DNA from: Gemmatimonadaceae bacterium | GTDB lineage: Bacteria > Gemmatimonadota > Gemmatimonadetes > Gemmatimonadales > Gemmatimonadaceae | Assembly (NCBI GenBank): GCA_051859245.1 | Contig: JBHYGA010000001.1 | Location: 96,001-160,000, forward strand | DNA: 64,000 bases | Direction of reading: 5' to 3' | In this document: one piece after another, positions 27,208 to 37,011 of the stretch | How positions within the stretch are numbered: the first letter of the stretch is position 1 | Layout of the letters: every line of letters starts with the position of its first letter | Made by a program: the position numbers and the translations under genes | The notes under the pieces: generated by a model | What the model was told of the DNA's origin: nothing | What the model saw: only the letters and a program-made list of their open reading frames with translations | The model's database searches: none

Positions 27208-29427
27208 ATGGCAACATCGACGAGATCCCGACAGAATATTGCGTCCGCGGTCATGGGCGTACTGTCCCTTGCAGGCGTTATCTGGTGGCACGCGCAAGCG
27301 TTGGTCGCGGCGCCACCGGCACCGGCGGCTGTGGTGCTTGAGCGCGGCAACGTGCCAGGTGAATGGCGCTACTGGGGCGGCGACGCGTGGAGTTCGCGCT
27401 ACTCGCCGCTCGATCAGATCAACGCGCGCAACTTTGACTCACTCGAAACGGCGTGGCAGTGGAACGCCGGCGCGTTTGGCAAAGACGAGTACTATCGCAC
27501 CACACCGCTCTACGCGAACGGCAGACTGTTCACCGTGGCATCAACGCGTCGTGTCGCCACCGCGATTGATCCGGAGACGGGCGAGACGTTGTGGATGTGG
27601 CGTCTTGACGAGGGTATTCGCTGGCAGAAAGCGCCGCGGCAGTTTGCCGGTCGAGGGTTGGCGTACTGGAATGAAGGTACGGAAGAGCGCGTGATCGTGG
27701 TCACGCCCGGATATCACATGGCGTCACTCGATGCCAAAACGGGCCAGCCCGATCCCAAGTTTGGCAAGAATGGCATTGTGGATTTGCAGGACGGATTGGG
27801 ATTGCCGCTGGTACCGCTTGCGGTTGATGATTCCGGTCCGCTGATCATTTCCGACGCTGCGCCAGCGCGCAAAGCGAAGCCCGGCGAAACCTGGGATCCA
27901 GTGCGCAAGATTGGCGCCGATGGCACGGTTGGTATTGATCCGTCACTTGGACAGATCGCGAACAGCTCACCGGCGATCATTGTTGGTGATGTCATCATTG
28001 TGGGCAGCTCGTCGATTCACGGCTACTATCCGATTCGTGTTCGCAACCTGCCGGGTTATGTGCGCGGCTTTGATGTGAAGACGGGCAAGCAGTTGTGGAA
28101 GTTCAATCTTGTGCCGGAACCCGGTGAGTTTGGTGCGGACACCTGGAAGAACGGCTCAAAGATCGGCGATGAAGGTGTGGGCAAGAACGACGCGTGGGCT
28201 ACGTTGTCGGCGGATCCCGAGCTCGGTTTGGTGTACATCCCCGTTGGCATGCCGCTCATGGACGAGTACGGCGGTCATCGTCCGGGCGACAATCTGTTCG
28301 GCAACAGTCTCGTCGCACTCGATGTCAAAACCGGTCAGCGCAAGTGGCACTTCCAGATGGTGCATCACGACATCTGGGACTACGACACGCCGATGGCGCC
28401 AAACCTGATGGACGTCACGATTGACGGACGCGCACGCAAGATCATTGCGCAGCCAACGAAGCAAGGTTGGTTGTACGTGTTTGATCGTGCGACTGGTGTC
28501 CCGATCTGGCCGATTGAAGAGAAGGCAGTGCTGAAAAGCGAAGTGCCGGGCGAAGTGAGTGCTCCAACGCAGCCGATTCCCAGCAAGCCGGCGCCGTACG
28601 CGCAGCAGGGACTCGAAGAAGAAGATCTCATTGACTACACACCGGCGATCAAGGACTCGGCGCTCAAACTCGCGCGTCGTTGTCGCATGGGACCGTACTA
28701 CATTCCCGCGTCGCTGAGCGATGGCAGCACGCCGAGTGGTATGCGCTGTTCGTGGTACGCGCCGGGAGCGGCGGGTGGTGTGAATATTGACGGTGGTGCG
28801 TCGATCGATCCGGAAACGGGCATGTTGTATGTGGCGTCACAGAGTGGGCTGAGCACGATTTCGTTGCAGAAGGATCCGTGCTCCGAATTCCGCTACAGTT
28901 CGCCGCGCGATAACTGCGGATTGATTGGTGCGCTTGAGCCGCCGCCAGGTTACAAGCCGCCGTCAGAGCGTCCAGGTGGTTTTGCGGGTCGCGGTGGTGC
29001 GTCGCAGATTGGTGGTGTGTCCATTCTCAAGCCGCGCGAACTTGGTGGCGTGACGGCGTACAACATGAGCACGGGTGAGAAAGCCTGGTGGATTCCGAAT
29101 GGTGGATTTATTCCGACCACAAGTCGTGATCCGTTGTTTGCCGGTGTTACGTTGCCGCCGCGTTCGTCCGCCGGTCAGGCACAGGTGATTACCACCAAGT
29201 CTCTCGTGATCTACGGCACGGGACGCAGCGGTGGTGTTCCAGGTCAGCCGCCGCAGTTGTTTGCGGTTGACAAGGCCACTGGCAAGCAGGTTGGTGCGGT
29301 GGAAATTCCGTCCAAGACCACGGCGGTGCCGATGACGTTCATGCACAAAGGCAAGCAGTACATCGTGTTCGCGACGGGCGTTGGTTCCAACGCAATGCTG
29401 GTGTCGCTGCGGTTGCCGGCGAAGTAG
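27208..29427 (+). CDS. PQQ-dependent dehydrogenase (glucose/quinate dehydrogenase-like, soluble)
   Basis: RYSPLDQIN, TTPL, DPELGLVY, WHFQMVHHDIWDYD, PTQPIP, PMTF...GKQYIV. Confidence 0.9.
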   Translation: MATSTRSRQNIASAVMGVLSLAGVIWWHAQALVAAPPAPAAVVLERGNVPGEWRYWGGDAWSSRYSPLDQINARNFDSLETAWQWNAGAFGKDEYYRTTPLYANGRLFTVASTRRVATAIDPETGETLWMWRLDEGIRWQKAPRQFAGRGLAYWNEGTEERVIVVTPGYHMASLDAKTGQPDPKFGKNGIVDLQDGLGLPLVPLAVDDSGPLIISDAAPARKAKPGETWDPVRKIGADGTVGIDPSLGQIANSSPAIIVGDVIIVGSSSIHGYYPIRVRNLPGYVRGFDVKTGKQLWKFNLVPEPGEFGADTWKNGSKIGDEGVGKNDAWATLSADPELGLVYIPVGMPLMDEYGGHRPGDNLFGNSLVALDVKTGQRKWHFQMVHHDIWDYDTPMAPNLMDVTIDGRARKIIAQPTKQGWLYVFDRATGVPIWPIEEKAVLKSEVPGEVSAPTQPIPSKPAPYAQQGLEEEDLIDYTPAIKDSALKLARRCRMGPYYIPASLSDGSTPSGMRCSWYAPGAAGGVNIDGGASIDPETGMLYVASQSGLSTISLQKDPCSEFRYSSPRDNCGLIGALEPPPGYKPPSERPGGFAGRGGASQIGGVSILKPRELGGVTAYNMSTGEKAWWIPNGGFIPTTSRDPLFAGVTLPPRSSAGQAQVITTKSLVIYGTGRSGGVPGQPPQLFAVDKATGKQVGAVEIPSKTTAVPMTFMHKGKQYIVFATGVGSNAMLVSLRLPAK

Positions 29428-29500
29428 GGGAACGTATCGCGGGCGTGATCCGGCCGGCTGGGGAACTGCGGCGGGAAGGGCACGAAAGCATGAAGGGCAC

Positions 29501-29547
29501 AAAGAACTGCACCCACTTTGCGATTGGCAAAGTGGGTGCAGTTTTTT
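29501..29547. terminator. Intrinsic terminator between convergent genes
   Basis: 17-bp perfect stem AACTGCACCCACTTTGC / GCAAAGTGGGTGCAGTT followed by T-run. Confidence 0.85.
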
Positions 29548-29573
29548 GCGGATGGGTGGTTCGCGCGGCAGCG

Positions 29574-30089
29574 CTACAAGTTCACGACCGTGCTCTTGTC
29601 GATTTCGAGTGTGGTACGTGCAGCGTTGAGTGACACTGCATAGCGGGCAAGCGGTAAAGGCGCTGGCCCCGCCACATTGACGCCGCTCGTGTCGAACTCC
29701 GAGCCGTGGCACTGGCACTTCATGCGTGAAGAATCAAAGATGGAAATTCCGCAACCGGAGTGTGTGCACACATTGGTGAATGCACGATAGTCGGTCGGTG
29801 CCAAGCGCAAGATGATCAGTTGCTGATCGCTGATCACGAGCGCCGATCCATCGGTTCGCAGGTCGTTGATGCGATTGAGCGCGACCGTGATGCGACTGCC
29901 GGTCACGGTGATCGCGTCGTTGGTTTCACCAGACGGTGCGGTCGCGGAACTCTCGCCGCCGCACGCGATAAACACCGCCAGTGCCGGCAAAAGGCGCAGC
30001 AGCTCACGGCGTGAGCATGTTTGCGCGCAGTGGTGTGTAACCGATTCAGGTGACGCGACTGTGTCGCGATTGAGATTCGCTGCATCCAT
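29574..30089 (-). CDS. Rieske [2Fe-2S] protein, probable Tat lipoprotein
   Basis: CTHSGC and CQCHGSEF motifs, GPAPLPL; SRRELL...FIAC leader; start uncertain. Confidence 0.87.
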   Translation of the reverse strand: MDAANLNRDTVASPESVTHHCAQTCSRRELLRLLPALAVFIACGGESSATAPSGETNDAITVTGSRITVALNRINDLRTDGSALVISDQQLIILRLAPTDYRAFTNVCTHSGCGISIFDSSRMKCQCHGSEFDTSGVNVAGPAPLPLARYAVSLNAARTTLEIDKSTVVNL

Positions 30090-30140
30090 CCACGAAGTAT
30101 CGTGACATTCGCGCGTTTTCAACATGGACGCGAAGCGCTC

Positions 30141-30189
30141 GCGACAAAGTATGTACAGCTCTGTGACAGAGTCGTCTACGAACTGTCGC
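30141..30189. promoter_or_regulatory. PHO-box-like 11-bp-periodic direct repeats
   Basis: Minus strand CTGTCAC-AGAG-CTGTACA-TACT-TTGTCGC (30169-30141) and plus-strand CTGTCGC at 30183, upstream of a PhoX-like gene. Confidence 0.5.
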
Positions 30190-30336
30190 AGTTCGACGCA
30201 ACCTTCGATGCGAGCCGAAGACTGCGCGTGTGCGCAGCCAGGCCATTGGCGCAATCGACGACCACCAAACGGTGCAAGTCGTATGGCCAGCAGATGAAAC
30301 GCTATTGTCGGGTGTCGCACCCGAAGGATGCAACAA

Positions 30337-31800
30337 ATGAAGCAGTTGTCTGCTCGACTCGCTCAAGTCGCCGCATTGGCGCTTCTTAGCACTGTAGTGG
30401 TGGCGTGCTCCGACGATGAAGATGGTGATTTGACAGGTTCGGGAGCCGCGCCTGTTGCGCTGACCAACAAGTCGGTCACCCCGTCGCTGATCAAGAGCCT
30501 CGTAAGCGGCGTTGACATTTACAGCGTGATCAGCAGCGATGATGTGCTGCCGGAATCGCCCGGCTTTGTTTTCGGCGGATCAGCTGACGGGCTTGGACTC
30601 ATCAGGAACGCCGACGGCACATTCATGGTGCTGACCAACCACGAAGACAACTTCGCGGTGTCGCGCGTGATGTTCGATGCAACCTTCAAACCAGTGCGCG
30701 GCGATTACGTGGTGAACTCCACCGCTGGCAAGTATCGCCTGTGTTCCGCGACGCTTGCCACGCCCGCCATTCACGGCTTTGGACCGGTGTTCCTGACCGC
30801 CGGCGAGAGCAATGAAGAGTCGCAGATCCTGGCTGTCACGCCGACCGGCGCTGCGAATACGCCGCAGTACCTGACGGGCATGGGCCGCTGGAACGCGGAA
30901 AATGCGGTTCCGCTTCCGGCGACCGCATTTCCGAATCGCACGGTCGTGATGCTCGGCGACGACGACTCCAACGCCGAAGGCGGTCAGATCGCGATGTATC
31001 TGTCCACCACCGTTGGTGATCTCAACAACGGCAAGATTTACGTATTGGCGCGCAACGACAACAACACGCGCGAGCGTGACATGGTCGTGGGTCAGACGTA
31101 TCCGGTGACGTTCCGGGAGATCGCGAACCACACCACGTTGACCGGCCGTCAGATCAACCAGGCGTCTGCCGCAGTGAACTCTGTTGGCTTTGGTCGTGTT
31201 GAAGACATTGACTATCGCAAGGGTACCGCTGGGCGTGAGATGTACATCGCCGTTACGGGCCAGCCCACCACGGGTGTAAACACCGCGTACACCCGCACCA
31301 AGTACGGTCGCGTGTACCGACTCGTTCTCGATGCAAACAACCCCTTGCAGGGCACGATTGAAGTGATTCTTGATGGTGACGATCGTAATGGCCCGGCTCG
31401 TCAGTTCCAGAATCCCGATAACGTGATGGTCACGCAGAACTACGTGTACGTGCAGGAAGATGACAACGGCTACGGCGATGAAACGCATGACGCCTACATC
31501 TACCAGTACAACATCGCCTCGCGCGAGATTCGTCCGGTGCTGGAGCTGGACCACCGTCGTACGCAGCCAGACGCCGCGATCTACAACGCGTCGGGCGCGC
31601 GGCCAGCGGGCAAGGCGGGCTGGGAATACGGTGCGATGATCGACGTCTCCAGCGAGCTAGGTAACGAGAACACGTTCCTCCTCGCCCTGCAGCCGCATTC
31701 GTGGCGCGGTGACAAGTATCGCGGCGTCGATGGTGGCACGATCCGCCCCACGGAAAACCAGGCCAGCATGCTCGTGCTGGTGAAAGGTTTGCCGCGCTAA
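30337..31800 (+). CDS. PhoX-like (DUF839) alkaline phosphatase lipoprotein
   Basis: Lipobox VVAC; ordered metal-ligand motifs NHE, LCS, AGE, GRWNAE, GDD, RVED, NPDN, QED, WE. Confidence 0.8.
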   Translation: MKQLSARLAQVAALALLSTVVVACSDDEDGDLTGSGAAPVALTNKSVTPSLIKSLVSGVDIYSVISSDDVLPESPGFVFGGSADGLGLIRNADGTFMVLTNHEDNFAVSRVMFDATFKPVRGDYVVNSTAGKYRLCSATLATPAIHGFGPVFLTAGESNEESQILAVTPTGAANTPQYLTGMGRWNAENAVPLPATAFPNRTVVMLGDDDSNAEGGQIAMYLSTTVGDLNNGKIYVLARNDNNTRERDMVVGQTYPVTFREIANHTTLTGRQINQASAAVNSVGFGRVEDIDYRKGTAGREMYIAVTGQPTTGVNTAYTRTKYGRVYRLVLDANNPLQGTIEVILDGDDRNGPARQFQNPDNVMVTQNYVYVQEDDNGYGDETHDAYIYQYNIASREIRPVLELDHRRTQPDAAIYNASGARPAGKAGWEYGAMIDVSSELGNENTFLLALQPHSWRGDKYRGVDGGTIRPTENQASMLVLVKGLPR

Positions 31801-31819
31801 TCCCTGTCCTTCATCAGGT

Positions 31820-31857
31820 GCGGGCCGAGACAATCATGTCTCGGCCCGCTTTCTATT
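31820..31857 (+). terminator. Stem-loop/terminator between the PhoX-like and diheme genes
   Basis: 13-bp stem GCGGGCCGAGACA / TGTCTCGGCCCGC followed by TTTCTATT. Confidence 0.7.
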
Positions 31858-31875
31858 CAGCGCCCTTTCAGAATC

Positions 31876-33774
31876 ATGCGAACAATCAAGTACTTGTTGT
31901 GTGCGGCTGCCATCTCCGCGTGCGCGCCGTCGGTTGACAAAGAAGCATCGACCAACCGCGCCGCAGGAAACGTCGCCGTGCGTGAACAATGGGTGTCACA
32001 CATCGACTCTCTCGCGGCCAACGTATCCCTGCTTGAGTCGTCGGTTGTCGATTTGGCCGCTGCCGAAGGCGATCGACCAAGTGTCGCCGAGATCAACGAA
32101 GCACAGGCAAACTTTCGCGCTGCGCGTGCGGCGTTCAAACGATCAGAGTTCCTCACTGCGTACTTCGAGCCTTCCACAACGCGCGCGATGAACGGCCCGG
32201 CACTTCCGCGCGTGGAAGATGAAGAAGGTCCGGAAATTGTGTTCCCGCCCGAAGGGTTCCAGGTCATCGAAGAGTTGCTGTTTCCCGCGCCTGATCCAGA
32301 GGCGCGTGAGCAACTGGTGAACGAGGTGCGGAATCTGCAGGCGTATGTGACTCGTCTGCGCACCACCGCGTCCCGACAAGTCATTACGGATGAGCATGTG
32401 TTCGATGCCATCAAGCTGGAAATCGCGCGCATCGTCTCACTCGGCATTACTGGATTCGACTCGCCGGTTGCGCTCAACTCACTGGCCGAAGCGGCGGAGG
32501 CCCTGCGCGCGCTGCGAAACGTGCTTTCTCTGTACGCATCGTCGATCGGAGACGCGAAGTGGCGGCAACTGGACGCCTCCTTTACGAGCGCCGTGGCCAC
32601 GCTTACCAGCGCGAGTTCATTTGACGCCTTTGATCGGCTGAATTTCATTGTGCGGCATGCACACCCGCTGGCCGAGCAGCTTGCAGAAACACGAGTGGCT
32701 CTGGCGATTGGCGTGCCGCAGGAGCGACGTGCCTTCCGTTTGGAGGCCGCCTCCTTGTTCTCAGCGGATGCATTCGACGCGTACGCCTTCGCGGCGCCTG
32801 GCACGCCGAGAGCGACGACGGATCAGGTCGAACTCGGCCGTTCACTCTTTTTCGATTCGCGGATGTCGGGCGATGGAACCGTCTCCTGTGCCAGCTGTCA
32901 CGTTCCGTCAAAGGCGTTCACCGACGGCCAGGTCCGTTCCGCGTCACGCTCGGGAACTGCGACGCTTCGCAACGCGCCGACCGTGATCAACGCGGGGCTG
33001 CAAGTGGGCTCGTTCTACGATTTACGCACCACGTACCTCGAGGATCAGGTGACGGACGTCGTGGGAAATCGTGAAGAGATGCATGGGAGCGTCGAGCAAG
33101 TCGCAAACGTGCTGCGGACAGATGCTGAGTATCGCGAACGATTTGCACGTGCCTTCGCTGGCACCGTCGACAGTGCCCTGAGCGCGCACAATATTCGTGT
33201 GGCGATCGCCGCGTACATTCGCTCGCTGCAGGCGCTCAACTCCCGTATTGATCAGGCGCTTCGCGGCGATGTGAGCGTGCTATCGGCAGAGGAGCGCGAG
33301 GGGCTGAACTTGTTCATGGGCAAGGGCAAATGCGCCACGTGCCATTTCATGCCACTCACCAACGGTACCGTTCCGCCAGTGTATGCCGAGAGTGAGGTAG
33401 AAGTGATCGGTGTTCCCTCCGCCAATACGATTCGCAATGCGCGCATCGATCCTGATAGCGGTCGCTTTCACATCACGCGGTCAGCGCCGCATCTGCACGC
33501 ATTCAAAACGCCTGGTCTGCGCAACGTCGCGCTCACGGCGCCCTACATGCACAACGGTGTGTATCGCACGCTGGCCGAAGTCGTTGATTTCTACAATCGC
33601 GGCGGGGGCGTGGGCATTGGCGCCGTACGAGAGAACCAGACACTGCCGCCTGATTCCCTCGGACTTTCGAAACGCGAGCAGCAGGCGCTTGTTCGCTTTA
33701 TGGAGGCGCTCACCGATACCGCCGGGACCGGCGCTGGTCGCGGAGTAACACGATACAGCCAAGGCGATCGATAG
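31876..33774 (+). CDS. Diheme CCP/MauG-family lipoprotein with N-terminal imelysin-like helical domain
   Basis: Lipobox ISAC; LGRSLFFD, CASCH, RNAPT, CATCH, FKTPGLRN, TAPYMHNG; N-terminal GFQVIE motif. Confidence 0.88.
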   Translation: MRTIKYLLCAAAISACAPSVDKEASTNRAAGNVAVREQWVSHIDSLAANVSLLESSVVDLAAAEGDRPSVAEINEAQANFRAARAAFKRSEFLTAYFEPSTTRAMNGPALPRVEDEEGPEIVFPPEGFQVIEELLFPAPDPEAREQLVNEVRNLQAYVTRLRTTASRQVITDEHVFDAIKLEIARIVSLGITGFDSPVALNSLAEAAEALRALRNVLSLYASSIGDAKWRQLDASFTSAVATLTSASSFDAFDRLNFIVRHAHPLAEQLAETRVALAIGVPQERRAFRLEAASLFSADAFDAYAFAAPGTPRATTDQVELGRSLFFDSRMSGDGTVSCASCHVPSKAFTDGQVRSASRSGTATLRNAPTVINAGLQVGSFYDLRTTYLEDQVTDVVGNREEMHGSVEQVANVLRTDAEYRERFARAFAGTVDSALSAHNIRVAIAAYIRSLQALNSRIDQALRGDVSVLSAEEREGLNLFMGKGKCATCHFMPLTNGTVPPVYAESEVEVIGVPSANTIRNARIDPDSGRFHITRSAPHLHAFKTPGLRNVALTAPYMHNGVYRTLAEVVDFYNRGGGVGIGAVRENQTLPPDSLGLSKREQQALVRFMEALTDTAGTGAGRGVTRYSQGDR

Positions 33775-33797
33775 TCCGGCGGGAAGGACTAGTTGCG

Positions 33798-34865
33798 CTA
33801 ACGCTTCTCATATTTCTTGAGTGCGCGAGGGCCAACTTCCGCACCGTACACATTGCCCTTCGCATCCACCGCAACACCTTCGGCCGCGCTGGTGTTGCGT
33901 GTGGTTTCTACGGGATCGGGAATCAGGCTCCAGACGGTGCCGTCTTTCGCACTGCCAATGCGAATGCCGCGCTTCCACTCCGGGCGACCGGGAGCGATTG
34001 ATCCCGATTCAGAGTCCGCAGCATAGAGTGTATCGCCCGGCGTAATCCAGAGTCCGCTGTTGCGTGAGAACTGATACCACGTGTCGAGATGCTTGCCATT
34101 CTGATCAAAGATCTGAATGCGATCGTTGCCGCGATCGGCGACGAACAAGCGTCCCTGGGAATCCATGGCGAGTGCATGCGGCTGGTCGAACTCGCTCACA
34201 CCAGTGCCCTTTTTGCCCCACTGCGTCAGCAGTTTGCCGGTCTTGTCGAACTTGAGCACGCGCGCGTTCGCGGTGGCATTTGAGGCGTGTCCTTCGGCCA
34301 CGAAGATGGTGCCCTCGCGCGTGACGTACACCGCATTGGGTTGCCAGAAGTAGAGACTGTCACGACCGCCGCCCGGTGTGCCGAGTGCCATGAGCAACTT
34401 GCCGTCGGGCGAGAACTTAAGCACCTGATGTCCGTTGATATTCGCCGGTCGACGTGGCGCCGCGGTATCACCTGGCGCACGGGCGGGTGTGTTGTCGCGG
34501 CCATCCACCACCCACACGTTGTTCTCGTGGTCCACAAAAATGCCGTGCGGCCAGTTCACCATGCCTGCGCCAAATGCACGTACCAGCTTGCCGGTGGCGT
34601 CGAACTTGAGAATCGGGTCAAGTGTTGAGCCGACGCAGCTGTTCTGCGCGCAGCGTTCGCCCACCCACACACTTTCGCCGTCGCGATCAATGGCCACCGC
34701 GCTTGTGGATCCCCACGTGCGTCCGTCGGGAAGTTTGGCCCAGCCTTCCACCGTGCGATACGGATTCGGTCGATCATTCACCGGCTGATTCGCGGGCGTG
34801 CGCTGCGCGAGCAACTGGGTGCTCGCAAAACAGAGCAGAAGTGCAGAGACTGCGTGTCGCATCAC
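33798..34865 (-). CDS. NHL-repeat protein, PAL-like variant
   Basis: Signal peptide; WPHGI, AEGH, QPHAL, ADRGNDRIQ, AEGVAVD; ATGA overlap with upstream oxidase. Confidence 0.82.
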   Translation of the reverse strand: MMRHAVSALLLCFASTQLLAQRTPANQPVNDRPNPYRTVEGWAKLPDGRTWGSTSAVAIDRDGESVWVGERCAQNSCVGSTLDPILKFDATGKLVRAFGAGMVNWPHGIFVDHENNVWVVDGRDNTPARAPGDTAAPRRPANINGHQVLKFSPDGKLLMALGTPGGGRDSLYFWQPNAVYVTREGTIFVAEGHASNATANARVLKFDKTGKLLTQWGKKGTGVSEFDQPHALAMDSQGRLFVADRGNDRIQIFDQNGKHLDTWYQFSRNSGLWITPGDTLYAADSESGSIAPGRPEWKRGIRIGSAKDGTVWSLIPDPVETTRNTSAAEGVAVDAKGNVYGAEVGPRALKKYEKR

Positions 34866-36322
34866 TCGTCCTCGAATTCACCGGGCGTGCCGGTGGGTTG
34901 ATCGTATGATTCGGTTGGCATCGCGAACGCTTTCGCGAGTTCAGGATCGGTCTTGTCCCCGAGTACACGTTGCGTCACGTATTGTGCGGCAATCGGCGCA
35001 AACTTGAAGCCTTCGGCCTGTCCGAGTCCCGCGACCCACGCGTTCGTGGTGTTGGGTACAAGATCAATCACGAAGTTGCGATTGATACTCGATTCGTAGT
35101 GACACGAACGTGTTTCGAGCAGCGGGGCATTGGCCAGAAGCGGAAAGCGCCGCTCGAGTAATCGGCGCGAGCCTTCCAGTCGATCCGCGCTGGCCCAGCG
35201 CACGCTCAGGTCTGGATCCGCCTGCGCGGGATCTGCCGGTGGACGCGGCGGTGGCGCCGGGAGTTTTTCCTTGATCGGATTCGGTGGTGGCACCGGCGGC
35301 GCGATGCCACCGCGCACACGAAAGCCGCGATTGTCCACGGGCAACGCAACCCAACCCGTCACACCGGGAAAATTCCAGCTCGGCAGATTCGGAAAACTGA
35401 ACCGCGCATCGTTGATCGGCGTGCCGTAATAACAGGCGGTGCCAATTGGAATTCGAATCTTGTTACCGAGTAATTCCGGAAACACTTTGCCGAGCCACGG
35501 TCCGCACGCAAACACAAATGCGTCGGCTTGCAGCTGTGATCCGTCTTCGAGAATCACGTACTGCATTTTGCCGCCAACCGTCGCGCCGGGGCGGACGCGC
35601 GAGGTGACGAGTGTAGCGCCCATGCGCGCGGCGATCGCGGCGGTGGCTTGTGTGGCATGACGCGCGCGCGCCACGCCCGCGTCTGGCTCGTAGATCGCTA
35701 CGGTGATATCGTCGGCGTTGATCACTGGCCAGCGCTTGCGCACTTCGTCACCGTCGAACTGTTCAAACTGCACCTTTTGCTGCGTCCAGAACTCGCGCGT
35801 TTTCGTGAGAAACGGTTCGTCGCGCGTACGCATGATCACGTCACCCGTGGTCATGAAGAACCGCGTGCCAAAGTCTTTCGCGTGTTCCGCGTCGAACTCG
35901 CGCCAATGCGTGATCGCGCGTCGCGCCCACGCGGTCCACAAATCGCCTGACGTGGCCCGGTCTCCATACGACGAGCGAATGCCGCGTGTCTCGTCACCAC
36001 TCGTAGCGCGCGAGTTGCCGGGACCGTAGGCGTCCACCAGAGTGACACGCTCGCCGCGTTTGCACAGCTCGAGCGCCGTGGATGCGCCCCAGATGCCGGC
36101 ACCGATCACCACGATATGGCTGGCGCCTGGCCGTCGTGGCGGCGCACGGAACGCGCTGGGCGACGCGAGCGCCGCGCTGGGGACGGTCTGGGTGAGCAGT
36201 GCACCAGCGCCGAGTCCCGCGACGCGCAGGAAGTCACGCCGGGGCAATGACGCGGACTCAGGGGAACTCGGTTTCGCCGCGGTCGGCGCTGGCGGTGAAT
36301 CGTCGCGGGTAGGATCAGTCAC
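34862..36322 (-). CDS. Tat-exported FAD-dependent oxidoreductase (sarcosine oxidase/DAO family)
   Basis: PRRDFL twin-arginine leader; GAGIWG; SGDETRGIR; SCHYE; EGFKFAP; GTG start taken at 36322. Confidence 0.88.
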   Translation of the reverse strand: MTDPTRDDSPPAPTAAKPSSPESASLPRRDFLRVAGLGAGALLTQTVPSAALASPSAFRAPPRRPGASHIVVIGAGIWGASTALELCKRGERVTLVDAYGPGNSRATSGDETRGIRSSYGDRATSGDLWTAWARRAITHWREFDAEHAKDFGTRFFMTTGDVIMRTRDEPFLTKTREFWTQQKVQFEQFDGDEVRKRWPVINADDITVAIYEPDAGVARARHATQATAAIAARMGATLVTSRVRPGATVGGKMQYVILEDGSQLQADAFVFACGPWLGKVFPELLGNKIRIPIGTACYYGTPINDARFSFPNLPSWNFPGVTGWVALPVDNRGFRVRGGIAPPVPPPNPIKEKLPAPPPRPPADPAQADPDLSVRWASADRLEGSRRLLERRFPLLANAPLLETRSCHYESSINRNFVIDLVPNTTNAWVAGLGQAEGFKFAPIAAQYVTQRVLGDKTDPELAKAFAMPTESYDQPTGTPGEFEDE

Positions 36323-36564
36323 GCGGGAAGGGCTCCTGAGAGATTCGGTGGGATAGGCGAAGTTGTCCCAATACCGCGTGCGCCGCAATGTGTGGGGACA
36401 TCGGGTTTCCGAGCGGACGGCCGGTGCGGGACAGCCCAGAGCGCATCGCTGCGGGATTGCCTCGACGGTGACGCGTGCGCAGGTTATGCGATCGATCCAC
36501 TTTTTGTGTTCGCGCTGCCGGCTACGGGGCGCGGCCTTTTCTGCCTCTCTCCCCAGGGCTGACA

Positions 36565-37011
36565 ATGCGTACGTCTTTTTTACTCGCGATTGGTGCGGTG
36601 CTCTGCACGTCCACACTTGGTGCGCAGGTCGCGCCGCGTTCTCAGGTCATTCCGGAAGGACAGCGCGCCTCGGCCACGCTCACGCCCGGCATCCGCTACG
36701 GCGACATTGTGTACGCGTCGGGTCAGCTCGGCACGAGCCGCGACGATCCGAATGCCACGATTCAGAATGAGACGCGTCGCGCGTTGGAGTCCACGAAGAA
36801 GGTGTTCGAGGCCGCGGGCACCACGATGGCGCAGACGATCAAGTGCACGGTGTTCCTGATCAATGCGGCAGATTTTGCGGGAATGAATGAGGCGTACCGC
36901 GAGTTCTTTCCCACGTCGCCGCCGGCGCGGTCCACGGTGGTAATCGCGGCGCTCGTGGTGCCGGGCGCGAAGGTCGAGATCGAGTGCATGGCGGCGATTC
37001 CGCCGAAGTAG
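36565..37011 (+). CDS. RidA family protein with N-terminal signal peptide
   Basis: YASGQLG, MNEAY, PPARST (catalytic Arg), KVEIE; leader MRTSFLLAIGAVLCTSTLGA-Q. Confidence 0.9.
   Translation: MRTSFLLAIGAVLCTSTLGAQVAPRSQVIPEGQRASATLTPGIRYGDIVYASGQLGTSRDDPNATIQNETRRALESTKKVFEAAGTTMAQTIKCTVFLINAADFAGMNEAYREFFPTSPPARSTVVIAALVVPGAKVEIECMAAIPPK

Noticed and set aside
36323..36616. N-terminal extensions in the ORF track (also thiolase, FadN, hydrolase 44325-44669, alkA 61547-62020, Rieske)
   Set aside because: Extensions overlap neighbouring genes or precede clear signal peptides or domain starts; downstream starts were chosen.
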